The notes beneath the pieces were generated by a model. The model saw only the letters and a list, made by a program, of their open reading frames with translations, did no database searches and had not been told where the DNA came from. From the NCBI GenBank assembly GCA_020536535.1, contig JAHLWZ010000116.1:1-64000 (forward strand): a stretch of 64,000 bases of DNA. Reading direction: 5' to 3'. Shown piece by piece: positions 12,201 through 22,599 of the stretch; within the stretch, counting starts at the first letter, position 1, and every line of letters begins with the position of its first letter. Source of the stretch: Pelomyxa schiedti (Eukaryota > Protista > Evosea). The position numbers and the translations under genes are program-made.

Positions 12201-13306
12201 TTCCATTGGGCAACTTGCATTCGTGTATGAAAAAGAACCCCTTTTCACTACCACTTAAAGTTAAATGTCTTATTGATTGCACAACTGGTGTGCGCTGACG
12301 TTTTTCCTGTATGTTGATGACTAACCTACATGAAGGAATGACATTTATTCATAAGGTATACTGGTTAACACCTGTACCAAACAACTTAGTACCAGTAGGC
12401 TGGGCTATTGCACCGAGATCTCAAACCCGACAACTTGTTGGTTTTTTCCGAACCCCGTGGATTTCCTGAATTTAACTGAGATAGGTCGCATCTCTGGATG
12501 AAAATGCTGTTGTAAATTGTAAAATTACAGGTATCCTACTTTGTCAAAGAAGAAACTTACATCCCATCCTCCTAGATTTTGGAACATGCCGAGATATCAG
12601 TAAAATCCCTTGATTTCTCTTGGTATTCCTTAATACAATCCACCGCAGATAAAACGGACCAAACGCAAGCTTACACTGTTGGGGTACACTGTTACGCACC
12701 CGTTCCGAATTTTAATATCTACATAAGGTTGGAACTCCAACATATATGCCTCCAGTATGTTTAACCGTTCCAAATTTCCGTCATTTATTGCCTCACGCTT
12801 TTCTTTCAGGAACTTTTATCAAATGGAAAGGTTTTCCTTTTTTAGAGTTGCATAGATCGCCTTAACATAGCGACATAAAGTATAAACAAAGTGCGGATGT
12901 ATTCAGTTTTGCCGTTTTGATGTACCAAGTGATTTCCGAGAGAGAACCTTACGATGAGCTCAAATCCCTTTGGAGTATGCCACATCCCATCCCTCCATAG
13001 AACCAGAAAAAAACAACCTCACGCCAAATAGAAATTACCGAATTTGTTCTCTCCGGACAGGTTTCTATTTCTCTGATTGTTTTAAAATTTCACACACAAA
13101 AACACCAAAGCGATTACCACTTGATGGAATCCCTCCGCATTTTGCGGAAATCATAACAGCTTGTTGGGATCAAGACCATCACAAGAGGCCAAGTAAGCTT
13201 TTTCGGTTGTTTATTTCATTATACCATTATAACCCCATTGCGAATAACATCACGCACACCAGGTTTTGCACAAACAACCAGTCTCCTAGAGGCTCTCAGG
13301 TCTTGA
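9295..13306 (+). CDS. Receptor-like transmembrane kinase paralogue C (single ectodomain repeat)
   Basis: Same architecture as B: SESDWWSV repeat start, GGIAFDC, TM LSLILGLVLGLGLPIVIGSILGLLMVILW, GEGAYGVVW, HRDLKPDN, DFG; stop at 13304-13306. Confidence 0.9.
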
Positions 13307-13366
13307 GCAATCAATCACTTCTTGTTCCCCGAAAGGCTTTATTTGGCCAATAAAAAAGGAAGTTTA

Positions 13367-14400
13367 ATGAAAGGCGTTGCCGGCAGTGGTGCCACTGTCA
13401 CAACACGCAACCCAATTATGGGAATGGACGTCAGCCTGTGGGTGTTTGTTGGTACCAAACTGAGCATGTTTGATGTTCTCACTGTGCAGAGTCTCAAAGT
13501 ACTTCTATGGCATATTTGGAAGGTCAATTTACATTTATTTCAACACTGCTCTATGTCGACGTGACCTTGCAGGGAATTCCTTCCTGATGTTAAAATTCTG
13601 AGAGCAGCAGACAGAGAATTTGAAGGCCAGCTCCCAGTGTCAAATTCTGGCACAGTACCCCTGAAAGTAGTACTTGTCAATGGTTACGGTGCGGGGAAGA
13701 CAAGTGCCATCCGGGTATACAACGCACACAAATTTCAGGATTACCAGCCCCCCACTGTTGGGTTTGAATGGTATGCAACGGATCTGCTGCTGAGAAGTCA
13801 CAGTGTGCATCTTCTAGTCTGGGGTACATTTGTCAATTTATTTAGATTTCTCTTACGCTACTACACCCAAGACACTTCAGGCTCATTGCGGTTTCTTTCC
13901 CAGGCAAGTACAGTCGCCTCATACTCTCATTCAACTTGTTGTTTTTCAGACCATGTTTTCCTGTATGAAGTTGCACGCGTGCATCATAATGTACTCAATT
14001 GGTGACCGCCGAGAGGGATTTGATACCATCAGCACATGGTCTCGAACCGTTAGATCAATCAACCCCCTTGTGAGGGTGAGTCGTCCGGCCATAACACACA
14101 CTTCATTCCAATAACCACACACAGCTTATTGTGTGTGGGAACAAAGCAGACCTTTCCAAGAGGGGAGTGACACGTGAAGAAGGACAGCACATTGCACAGT
14201 CAATTGGTGCAGACGTGTGGATAGAGACATCGGCCAAGACAGGTCACAACATTGACAAGTTGTTCTTTCTTGCCGCACTACACGCTCTCCAGTCTGCTCA
14301 TGACAGCCTGCTCATCCCTCAAAATAACAACCCTGCTCCTACTCCTATTAATAGTAGTTCTCTGACTGCCAGAGAACCAAGCTCCTGTTCCCTTTTGTAA
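13367..14400 (+). CDS. Rab/Ras-like small GTPase with an N-terminal F-box-like motif and C-terminal CaaX (CSLL); apparent frameshift near 13480
   Basis: LKVVLVNGYGAGKTS, PTVG, WDTSG, CGNKAD, ETSAKTG, ...CSLL*. Exon 1 reads PIMGMDVSLWVFVGTKLSMFDVL and then, in a shifted frame, SLCRVSKYFY. Confidence 0.8.
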
Positions 14401-14575
14401 CAAGGCAATTTCAGAGTTGATGTAAGTATTATACATACGTACTCTCTATGGCAATTCCACTTTGTGTGAGTCACCCAACAACAACCCGCACTGCCCCTTA
14501 TGGAATCTCCACGTTTGTTGTGAGAAATCTCTGTTTGTTTTTTATTTGAAAATCTTTAAAACAAAAACACAGATC

Positions 14576-16977
14576 ATGGACACAGCACCCACAACAACGC
14601 ACCCCCGCGACGTCGAGGGGCAGCAGCAGCAGCGTGCCGCCCTCATCGTAAGCCGTCGCCACGTCGTCATGGTGTCGCGTGTCCTGTGGGAGCAAGTTGT
14701 GGTGCCGTGGGTGCTGGCCCCTGCGCGCGGGGCGCAGCCGTGGGGCGAGGCCCTGCCCGAGGCCGTGGCCGGGTGCGTGTTCCGCGTGGCCGAGGCCGCC
14801 TTCCCCCTCGTCGCCCTGTGCTCCCGCGCCGTCGCAGAGACAAACGCCGCCGCGTGCGCGTCGCGGTGGGCCGAGTGGGGGCGGTGCAGCGCCGTCGAGG
14901 CCGCCGCCGCGGCGCCAAGCCCCAGGTGCGTCTCGTGGATTTTATCGCACGCGGCCTCGTCGGCTTCGTCGTTGCCTTGGCCCCCCGGCGGCCGCAGCAC
15001 CATTTGCGATGGTGGCGAGGAGGAGGAGGGGGAGGAGGGGGAGGGGGAGACTGGGAGGAGGGGCGTGAGGGAGAGGAGGAAGGCGAGGGAGCAGATCGCG
15101 GTGGTTGTTGGGCTGTGCCGTGGTGGCCACTTGGATTGGGCCGACTGGTTTGTGGAGAACAATTGGGATGTCGCGAGGTGGGTTACTAGTGCCCGGCGAA
15201 GCACTGACACGAGTTCCGCCGTCGTCACAAGAACGAGCAGCGGAGCCGTATCTGTAATCCCGGTGTGTTTTATGATTTGTTTTTTGTTTTGGTTTCTTTA
15301 TCTCATCATCTAATTCAGGCACCGGCAAATGTCTTGACTGAATTCTGGAGTGAAAGGGGGATATCCCGCATAATGAGGAGTGCGGCTGCCGCTGGAAACT
15401 TGGATGTCATCAAGTGGGTTCTTTCGAGGCTACTCCATATCAACGAAGGAAATAAGATGATTCTGAAGGAATACATGCACTGCGCCGCGTACGGTGGGCA
15501 TGTGCACATCCTCAAGTGGCTCGTGGACACCTTCGACTTGATGGAGTTGTCCCGCACAATGTATATCGGCTCTTCTTTCCGTGTTCGAAACAAGGCCTCT
15601 GAACTGAGGGATTGTGTTGAGAGCTTCCCTCACTGGACCTATTCTGGGTGTTCCAAGCCGATGGCGTACACAACAGCATCGTGCAAGGGTTCACCAGCCA
15701 ACGAGATCATTGAAGTGTGCCAATGGTTCAAAGACAAACTCTCGCTGGGAGGGGCAGATTTCGTTGGTGGTGATGAGCTTCCAAAGCACGTGGAGGTTAT
15801 CAAGTGGGCACTCTCTGATGTCACTGACCCCTCCGTTTTGCAAGACACCTGGAATGACTCATGTTACCAGCTTGGAAATGTGGAACTTGGTGAGTGGTTC
15901 ATTGAGAAAAAGGGAATGATCCCCACAGTAAGGGATTTCACGGATGCTTGCTTTGGAAGGCATGACAACCTGGTGTTTGTTGAGTGGTTGTCGAAGAAGA
16001 TCCCATCACTACAAGTACTTGATTTGCTTGATTCTCTCCGCAATGCGTTGAGTTCCAGGAATGAGTTGATTTCCAGGTGGTTGGAGAAGCGCATCATCAG
16101 CACCACAAATTCGAGGCCAGGAGTTTCTCTCTCATCGTTGTGTGCATGGAGCAATGTTACAATTGAGCTCACAGGGTGGCTTAAGTGGCTCCTGACACAT
16201 TCAGACCAATGTGACATTGACTGCAGCACATCAGAGGTCGCTTGTGCTGTGCGGCAGTGCGCTGCGAGCATGTCTCCCATCAAGTTCTCTATCGCTATTG
16301 CAGTGTGGAAGCACTTCTCATTGTGCCCGGTGACACACCACGACATCCTTGTGGATCTGCTGGGCCATATTGTCAAGCGGGGAACATTTCACCAATTCAA
16401 GGAAGCCGTGTCTCTTGGTGAAATCACTCCCGTTGAAGAGGAGCAGCTCCTTACTCAGTGCGGAAACAGCCTGGCACCATCCTGCAAGGCTGTCAAGTGG
16501 TTGTGTTCACGCTTGCTTCAACGATCAAGCAGAAGTGACGAGCCCACGCTGGCCATCCAGGTGTTGCCAAGCATTCTTGCAATCTTTGTGGACATGATTT
16601 CCAGAAACAAACGGGGGTCTGCTGAATGGCTATTCAACAAGTTCAGCATCACACTCCGGGATGTATGTATCTTTTTTGTCAATTGCGTTGTCGTGCACTC
16701 ACCCCATTACAAACAGTTCGTTGTTGCCAGTGAGAAACGGAGCACCCCACTTGGAACCAACGTCGACCTTGCCACATGGAAGCACATGTTGAAGCTGTTC
16801 CCAGACCTTGGAAAGGGTGATGCCCTCCATCACTTCATTGGGGTTTTGTCAGCATCACCGCTGCATGCACAGTTCACAATGCACGCGCTCGGTGTCACAC
16901 TGGCTGAAATCCAGCAGTTGGGTGAGAATGGCCACCTGCCCCCCACAACAAAGTGGTGGGCTGATCATCAAGCATGA
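14576..16977 (+). CDS. Lineage-specific protein with degenerate ankyrin-like repeats, copy 1 (one intron about 15263-15318)
   Basis: Two long ORFs joined in phase. Repeats LCRGGHLDWADWF, AAAAGNLDVIKWVL, CAAYGGHVHILKWLV. Paralogous to 22600-24838. Confidence 0.75.
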
Positions 16978-17100
16978 CCATGTTCCGAGTTTAGTAAAGT
17001 GCAAGTAGACAAAAATGTAGGGCTCTGCCCTCACTTGCACCCGAAACAAGTATTCTGCCACTAAACAACAGAGCCGTGGCAGAAACCAACAGCAGCAGGA

Positions 17101-17158
17101 AGAGTATTGGACTTCGTCGCAGGTTCGATCCCTGCACAGCGCGAATACTTTTTTTTTT
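17101..17158 (+). pseudogene. tRNA-derived fragment (T-arm and 3' acceptor strand) followed by a poly-T Pol III terminator
   Basis: gcagg-TTCGATC-cctgc is a perfect T stem-loop (17119-17135), then acagcgc+g and T10. No matching 5' acceptor strand or complete D and anticodon arms are seen. Confidence 0.55.
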
Positions 17159-17344
17159 GGTGTAGCAAAGGGTCCTGGTACTAGAGGGAGGGTGGGGCGG
17201 TGGGCCCGTGGGGGGCACATGATGGTGCGCGTGGGGGTTGGGGTTAGTGGCCGGTGGTGTGGTTGGTGGCTCAGGAAGCGCAAACAACTGTGAAACCGGT
17301 GTGGATCTGTGATTGATTTCAAGTACGAAGGTAACTGACGGACG

Positions 17345-18315
17345 ATGTCTTCGGCAGGACTCCAGCAGGTTTTGTAGTCAGCGTTTATGTTTGCTCAGTA
17401 GACGTTTTATTTGTTGAGTACCGCATTCTTTTACTAGACCACAACCACAGCCGCTGCCTCGTCATGTCACTCAGGGGGGCCCCCGTCGTGTATAGAATCA
17501 GATGCCATCCAAGTGACTGTTCCACTGCAGCCTAATGTTCCTGAGGCAGAGCGTGACGCAATCAAAGCTATGATTGCCAACACTCCAATGCGAGCAGGGC
17601 AGATCTGGTTCCTCATCTCATGTAGATGGCTCGACAGCTGGAAGCGTTACGTTTCATATTATTCCGATCATTCTGTATCCTCTTCTTTACCCTTATCTCT
17701 TTGATGGGATTGAGATCCACCTTAGGAGGTGTTTCCTAAACCGGGGCCTATCCATAACAGTGAACTCCTGGAGCAAGATGGTGAACTCGTACAGTTCGTG
17801 TATGAGCTGATTGACTATGAGCTGGTCAGTGGAGCTGTATGGAATACACTGAAGGGATGGTATTCTGGTGGGCCTGAAATCCTCTCGCCAGGCCATTTCC
17901 TACCAGGATTGGCATGGAAACATTCTCACAGTGGAAGTAATGCCAATGAAACTGCACGTTGTAAAATCATCTGACACCACTGTCCTCGTTCCTGCACACT
18001 TCAGTAAAATGGATACTGTTGGCCACCTTAAGGTTAAATGATCTGGCGCCTACAGAGTTAACATACCCACTGGCAGGCAACAATGTGTAAGATAATGGGA
18101 CTCGATCCCGCCAACATTCGTGTGGGACTACCATGGTTCCTCCCGGCTCAGGTTACTTCGTGTCGATGCCCAAACACTGGCCTCTGCCGAGATCATAAAT
18201 AACCAACAGGTAACCTTCTTTATCCAACCAAGAGACAGTACCAGTAACTGATCCCAACCACCAGATGATGTTGGAGGAAAAAAATTCTGATGGGACATGG
18301 CCTGACCGTTCATGA
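17345..18315 (+). pseudogene. DUSP-UBL-only gene copy 1 (USP4/11/15 N-terminal module), two frameshifts
   Basis: WFLISCRWLDSWKRYV, PGPIHNSELL, DYELVS..VWNTLKGWYSGGPEI, ...MLEEKNSDGTWPDRS*. Relative to paralogues there is a +1 nt change near 17883 and a -2 nt change near 18122. Confidence 0.8.
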
Positions 18316-18316
18316 C

Positions 18317-19426
18317 ATGGCGAGCAAGTCCATCAAACCACTCGCGATCGAAGAGGCAACTTACGCACGTGACCAATTCATTTCACTAGGCGTCGGCGTC
18401 ATTGTGGGACGGTGCGGCCGCTCCAGCCCCGCCTCGGCGCTCACGCCGCCGTCGCTGTCGCTCCTCGGTCAGAATTGGGTCGTGCTCCCGTGCAGGCGCG
18501 CGTACATCAGCGCCGCGGCGTCGGCGGCGCCCAACGGCGGGCAGATGTACGAGGTCTTGTTCAGTCTGTCGCCGACTCTGGGCCTCGTCGGCCATCCCAC
18601 AATCGTGGAGGTCGTTTTTGCCGGCGGAGGCACTCCCAGAAAAGTTGGGTTCGTTGGGCCCGAGTCCCTGGGCGACCGGTTCGCCCTTGTGATCAAGAAT
18701 GCAGGCAGTGTCACGTGGTGGAGTGTGATGGACACCCATAATAAGGGAGTGCGCCCCTTGGTGTACACGACAACATTGGGGGTGTTGTGCAACAACAGGC
18801 GCTGGGCAACGGCCTGCGAGGAGGGAGAGGGCCGGGGGACAATGTCACTGTGGAATTTCGACGAAGTTGAGAGCGGGAAGGTGGGGGAGATTAAGTTACC
18901 GGGCGAGGTGCACAGCGTTGCGTTTCAGAGTGACGATTCTCTGGTGGCAACGCAATCCGGGGGAGGCGTCATCACAATTGACTTGGGGGCTACTTTCGCG
19001 CAGAAAAGGCTGGTTCTTGAATGCCCACCACGTGGGCACCTGGCATCACTTGGGCCAGAGGAATCTGGCAACACCCTCATGTGCTGGAAGGGAATGACTT
19101 ATGCCCTGACTGGCGGCAGAAACCCAGCGGTTGTCTGCTTGGACAATGGCCAAAGGACACCATTGCCACAGGGCAGGGGTTGGCCGATTGGTGGGCCATA
19201 CTTTAAAGTGACAAACCGCAACACACTTGACAGAGACGTGTTCAGTGTTGTGGAACCCACTAAGTTGTGCTGCAGACACAAGTGTGGAAGGCTCACCACA
19301 CTGCATTTTGGGCATGAGATGGTTGTCAGGGAAACTGCTCACATTCTTGTCACTGATGCAGTTTCTGGATTTGTTGTCTTCAAATTCCAAGCAGATTTTG
19401 ATGTGTTGGGTGTTGCTGGGTTTTGA
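18317..19426 (+). CDS. Intronless lineage-specific protein (ARDQF...RCG...SPTLG family), predicted beta-rich/propeller C-terminus
   Basis: Uninterrupted ORF of about 369 aa from ATG 18317. Shares ordered motifs with 19718-21202. Confidence 0.72.
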   Translation: MASKSIKPLAIEEATYARDQFISLGVGVIVGRCGRSSPASALTPPSLSLLGQNWVVLPCRRAYISAAASAAPNGGQMYEVLFSLSPTLGLVGHPTIVEVVFAGGGTPRKVGFVGPESLGDRFALVIKNAGSVTWWSVMDTHNKGVRPLVYTTTLGVLCNNRRWATACEEGEGRGTMSLWNFDEVESGKVGEIKLPGEVHSVAFQSDDSLVATQSGGGVITIDLGATFAQKRLVLECPPRGHLASLGPEESGNTLMCWKGMTYALTGGRNPAVVCLDNGQRTPLPQGRGWPIGGPYFKVTNRNTLDRDVFSVVEPTKLCCRHKCGRLTTLHFGHEMVVRETAHILVTDAVSGFVVFKFQADFDVLGVAGF

Positions 19427-19534
19427 AAACAAAGCCAACACCAGCCACACCCACCATGCAATTAACTACCATCTTGTTTTGCATCCACGACCTCTATAAA
19501 GCACGATGCTATGGTGTTCAACTACCAACTTCCG

Positions 19535-19573
19535 ATGCTGGATGAACAGAGCGATGATGGGTCTTGGAGAAGG
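19535..19573 (+). pseudogene. Relic terminal exon of a DUSP-UBL gene
   Basis: Translates MLDEQSDDGSWRR; compare MLDEKNPDGSWNPR and MLEERNPDGSWPR in the intact copies. Confidence 0.55.
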
Positions 19574-19717
19574 CAAGTCGTTTTGGTGAGCTGCTTGCGC
19601 CACCATCATAGCCTGAAATATGTAAAACTTAACTTCCATCAAGTGCGATGATGGTAGTGTCTCTCGTGCGACAGTGAAGGAAAGTTATTTTCGTCAAGAG
19701 GTAAAAGTGCGAACACT

Positions 19718-20878
19718 TTAGTGTCCAAATCCATGCATACAATAACACCGTGGACCAGTCAATGTGGCCACAATGTAACCAGTGGCTGCATCGTACAGCT
19801 TGCAAAGCTCCACCCTCGCAGATGCTGATGTTCTAGCTTCTGGTCCTGATGGAACGGCAATGACTCCATTCCCGCGAAGTGGGCCAAGGCAGTCCTGCGA
19901 GGGGCACTGAATGGTGGCACACGGAACAGACAGGTCGCGTGAGTGGTACATCTGGCACGTCAACGGCGACTGTGGGGACCCTGTTGCAAAGCAAATGAAC
20001 TCCTTCTCGAACGGAATCAGTGTGCGTGAGCCTTGGAAGGATGTGACCACCTTTGTTTCTGTGTTGAACACCACCATTTCCTGCAGCTGCTGGCTGTGGT
20101 TTTGCCTTCTGTCGCGCACAGTGCACAGGGCGTCACCACACCACAGCAAATCAGTCACCCACATTGGCACATCAATCTTCTTCACAATGGAAAGGCGCCT
20201 TGACACAAAGCTCTGGGGCAAATCAATGTACCATGCCTTGAGCGAAAAGGAATCCTCTTGAGCTGTAATGACAAGCACATCACAGTTGTTTCTGAAGAAC
20301 TCCCCATTTCCAACGTACTGGCAGGCCATAGGAATCATCACTTGGCACCCATCACTCACACCACAGCCACCTCCGGAGCAATCCCTGTGCTCATCCCAAC
20401 CCAAGCCCTTTGTTGGTGGATCATTGACAACACTTGTCAAATCCAGAACGCGAAGCTCACTGCTTGTGAACTCCACCATCCACTTGGAGTTGAACCTGGC
20501 CACACCACACTTGAGTTTGGGCAGCCAAGCCACAGAGGCACCAGTCCTGCCGACCACCAGCCACACTGCAGCCCCACAACTCACAACAAATAAGTCCACA
20601 TGACCGTGCTGATTGGGACGGTGAGTTCCGCGTTGTTGGTGATCGGGTCCCATAACTGCGCGATACTGGGCGGGGGTCTCGCGCTGTAGGCGCTTTGTCG
20701 CCGAAAACCAAGCGCACACGAGGGACTGGTTGTGGGCGTCGAGCCTCATCACGAACGCGCCGCAGTCGACAACACCCAGGGTCGGCGTGAGACCAACAAA
20801 CACGTGCACAGACCGCTGGCGCACTGGACTGGATCTCCAGACTGGACGCCGGTCCCCGCCACCATCTAGATTGTTGTT

Positions 20879-20910
<32 letters not shown>

Positions 20911-21202
20911 TGGCGGCACCTTCATGGCATCGTCGTTCCATGGGGAGCGATACTGCGACAGTGCGGGCCAGGAACATCACCCACGACGCGGCGAACTCCC
21001 GCAGCAGCGACGGGGCGAGCGCGAGGTGCCGTGCTGACGCCGCCGAGCTCGCCGTCGACGCGTCCGCCCCCCCGCTTTCGCCCCGTGGTGCCCTCGGGCA
21101 GCCGCCGCCACCGCAACGTGGGATGGACGACGTGGCCAGGGCGAGGGCCTGCTCCCGGCCATCAACCCGCCCAGCTACCCCCAGATCGGCGGCGCTGAAC
21201 AT
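19718..21202 (-). CDS. Intronless lineage-specific protein, same family as 18317-19426
   Basis: 494-aa ORF: GREQALAL...PRCG, SWVM, GLTPTLGVV, NSKW, LYDAATGYIV. Confidence 0.75.
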
Positions 21203-21531
21203 TTATTAGCATCTTCTTGTAGAAAAGGAACCGCGCAACGACAGCGGCAAGGACTGAAGAGCGACTTGGCAGCAAGAACACCCCCGCCAACAGATACCAG
21301 GGTTTTCCCTCTCATGATGGTCTTCACTTTTGTCACCGTCGCCGAAAGGAAATTCCGGAAAAAAACAACGTGGGGACCCCACGACAGCAACAAAAACCAA
21401 TCGGGATTTTGAGTGGGGTTTGTATTGACGTACTTTGGGGCAAGTACTTACAAAGTACTTTTAACCCCACCACAAAAAAGCGTTCAAACAAAAACAAGCA
21501 AAAAACCAAGCTAAACTCAACAATTGCAAAA

Positions 21532-22263
21532 ATGAAAGCCGTTGTGGCTCTATTTATTACACTGGGGTTGGTGGCTGTTTATGCACAGGTCAGTAATCCT
21601 ACCTTAGTAACCGCCAACAAGAACTGACTTACTAACCCTTTCACAGTCGTGCACATACCAGACCGTGGGAATCCAAGGTGAAACGCTTGAATTCGACTTG
21701 TCTCCAATGACACTACTCAACGGGTATGTGTGCTTCCGAAATCATGAAGTGGTTATATAAAAATGAGTGCATGAGAAACCCATTTCTTACTTGCACACAG
21801 AGGCAACTACATGTACAAGGATACAAGCGCCAACATTTACTGGGCCAACATTTGCGGGAATGCCACAGCCGGGTGCTCCCCTGCTCAGGCCGTGTGCCAG
21901 CAAGCCGCAAATGCGCACTTCTTTGGATGCGGTGAACTCAGCACCCAGAAGTTCTCTGACGGAGGTTCATTGCCGCAAATGTTGGCAGCATTTTCTAACT
22001 TCCACAAACAGAGAATGGACCATACAGCGGAGTGACAGTGTGGTACGGCGAGGGGACAAATTGCAATGGTGGCATTCCTCGCACCACAACAGTCCACATT
22101 GCATGCAGCATGAGCAACGAGGGTGAAATTTATGCTTCTGAGGAATCCACCCTCTGCGAATACACCCTGTGTGTTAACTTCTTTCCCTTCCAAACACTTT
22201 TCTCCCATCAGAACTCATTGGCCACACAGATGGATGAAGAGCAAGTACGCTTGCCCTCTGTGA
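21532..22263 (+). CDS. Secreted single mannose-6-phosphate-receptor-homology (MRH) domain protein, copy 1
   Basis: Signal peptide MKAVVALFITLGLVAVYAQ; FDLSP, NICG, AVCQQ, YGEGTNC, RTTTVHIAC, CEY, WMKSKYACPL*. Five exons. Confidence 0.85.
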
Positions 22264-22599
22264 TCCACCACTCCAATCCCTCTGCAAACCCAAACCTGTT
22301 GCACTAGTAAATTATTGCCTCACACAAGGAAAACAAATAAACCTTGCTGTAACCACAGCGCCGGATGAAACTTATTACTTTGCCGGTTGTTCCCATTTTT
22401 TGGAAAATGACCACAAACAGAAGCTGACTGCCCCTCATTCCAGAATAAAAATGAGTGCCAATTTTCCATCTCTCTCTAATACAATGAGGGACGAACGGCC
22501 GAGTATGGCAGACTCATCTGGTCTGCGTCAGCATCCTCACCACCCACACCACCACAATCACACCCGGGAGTGATTTGTTTTTTTCGAAAAAAACAGCTA

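Noticed and set aside
14498-15328. Multiple long overlapping ORFs on both strands (also 22575-23292)
   Set aside because: Expected from very high GC content; only one frame splices into the conserved downstream exon.
17009-17018. Sm-site-like ACAUUUUUGU on the minus strand
   Set aside because: No U1, U2, U5, U11 or U12 signature nearby, and it lies inside a predicted stem.
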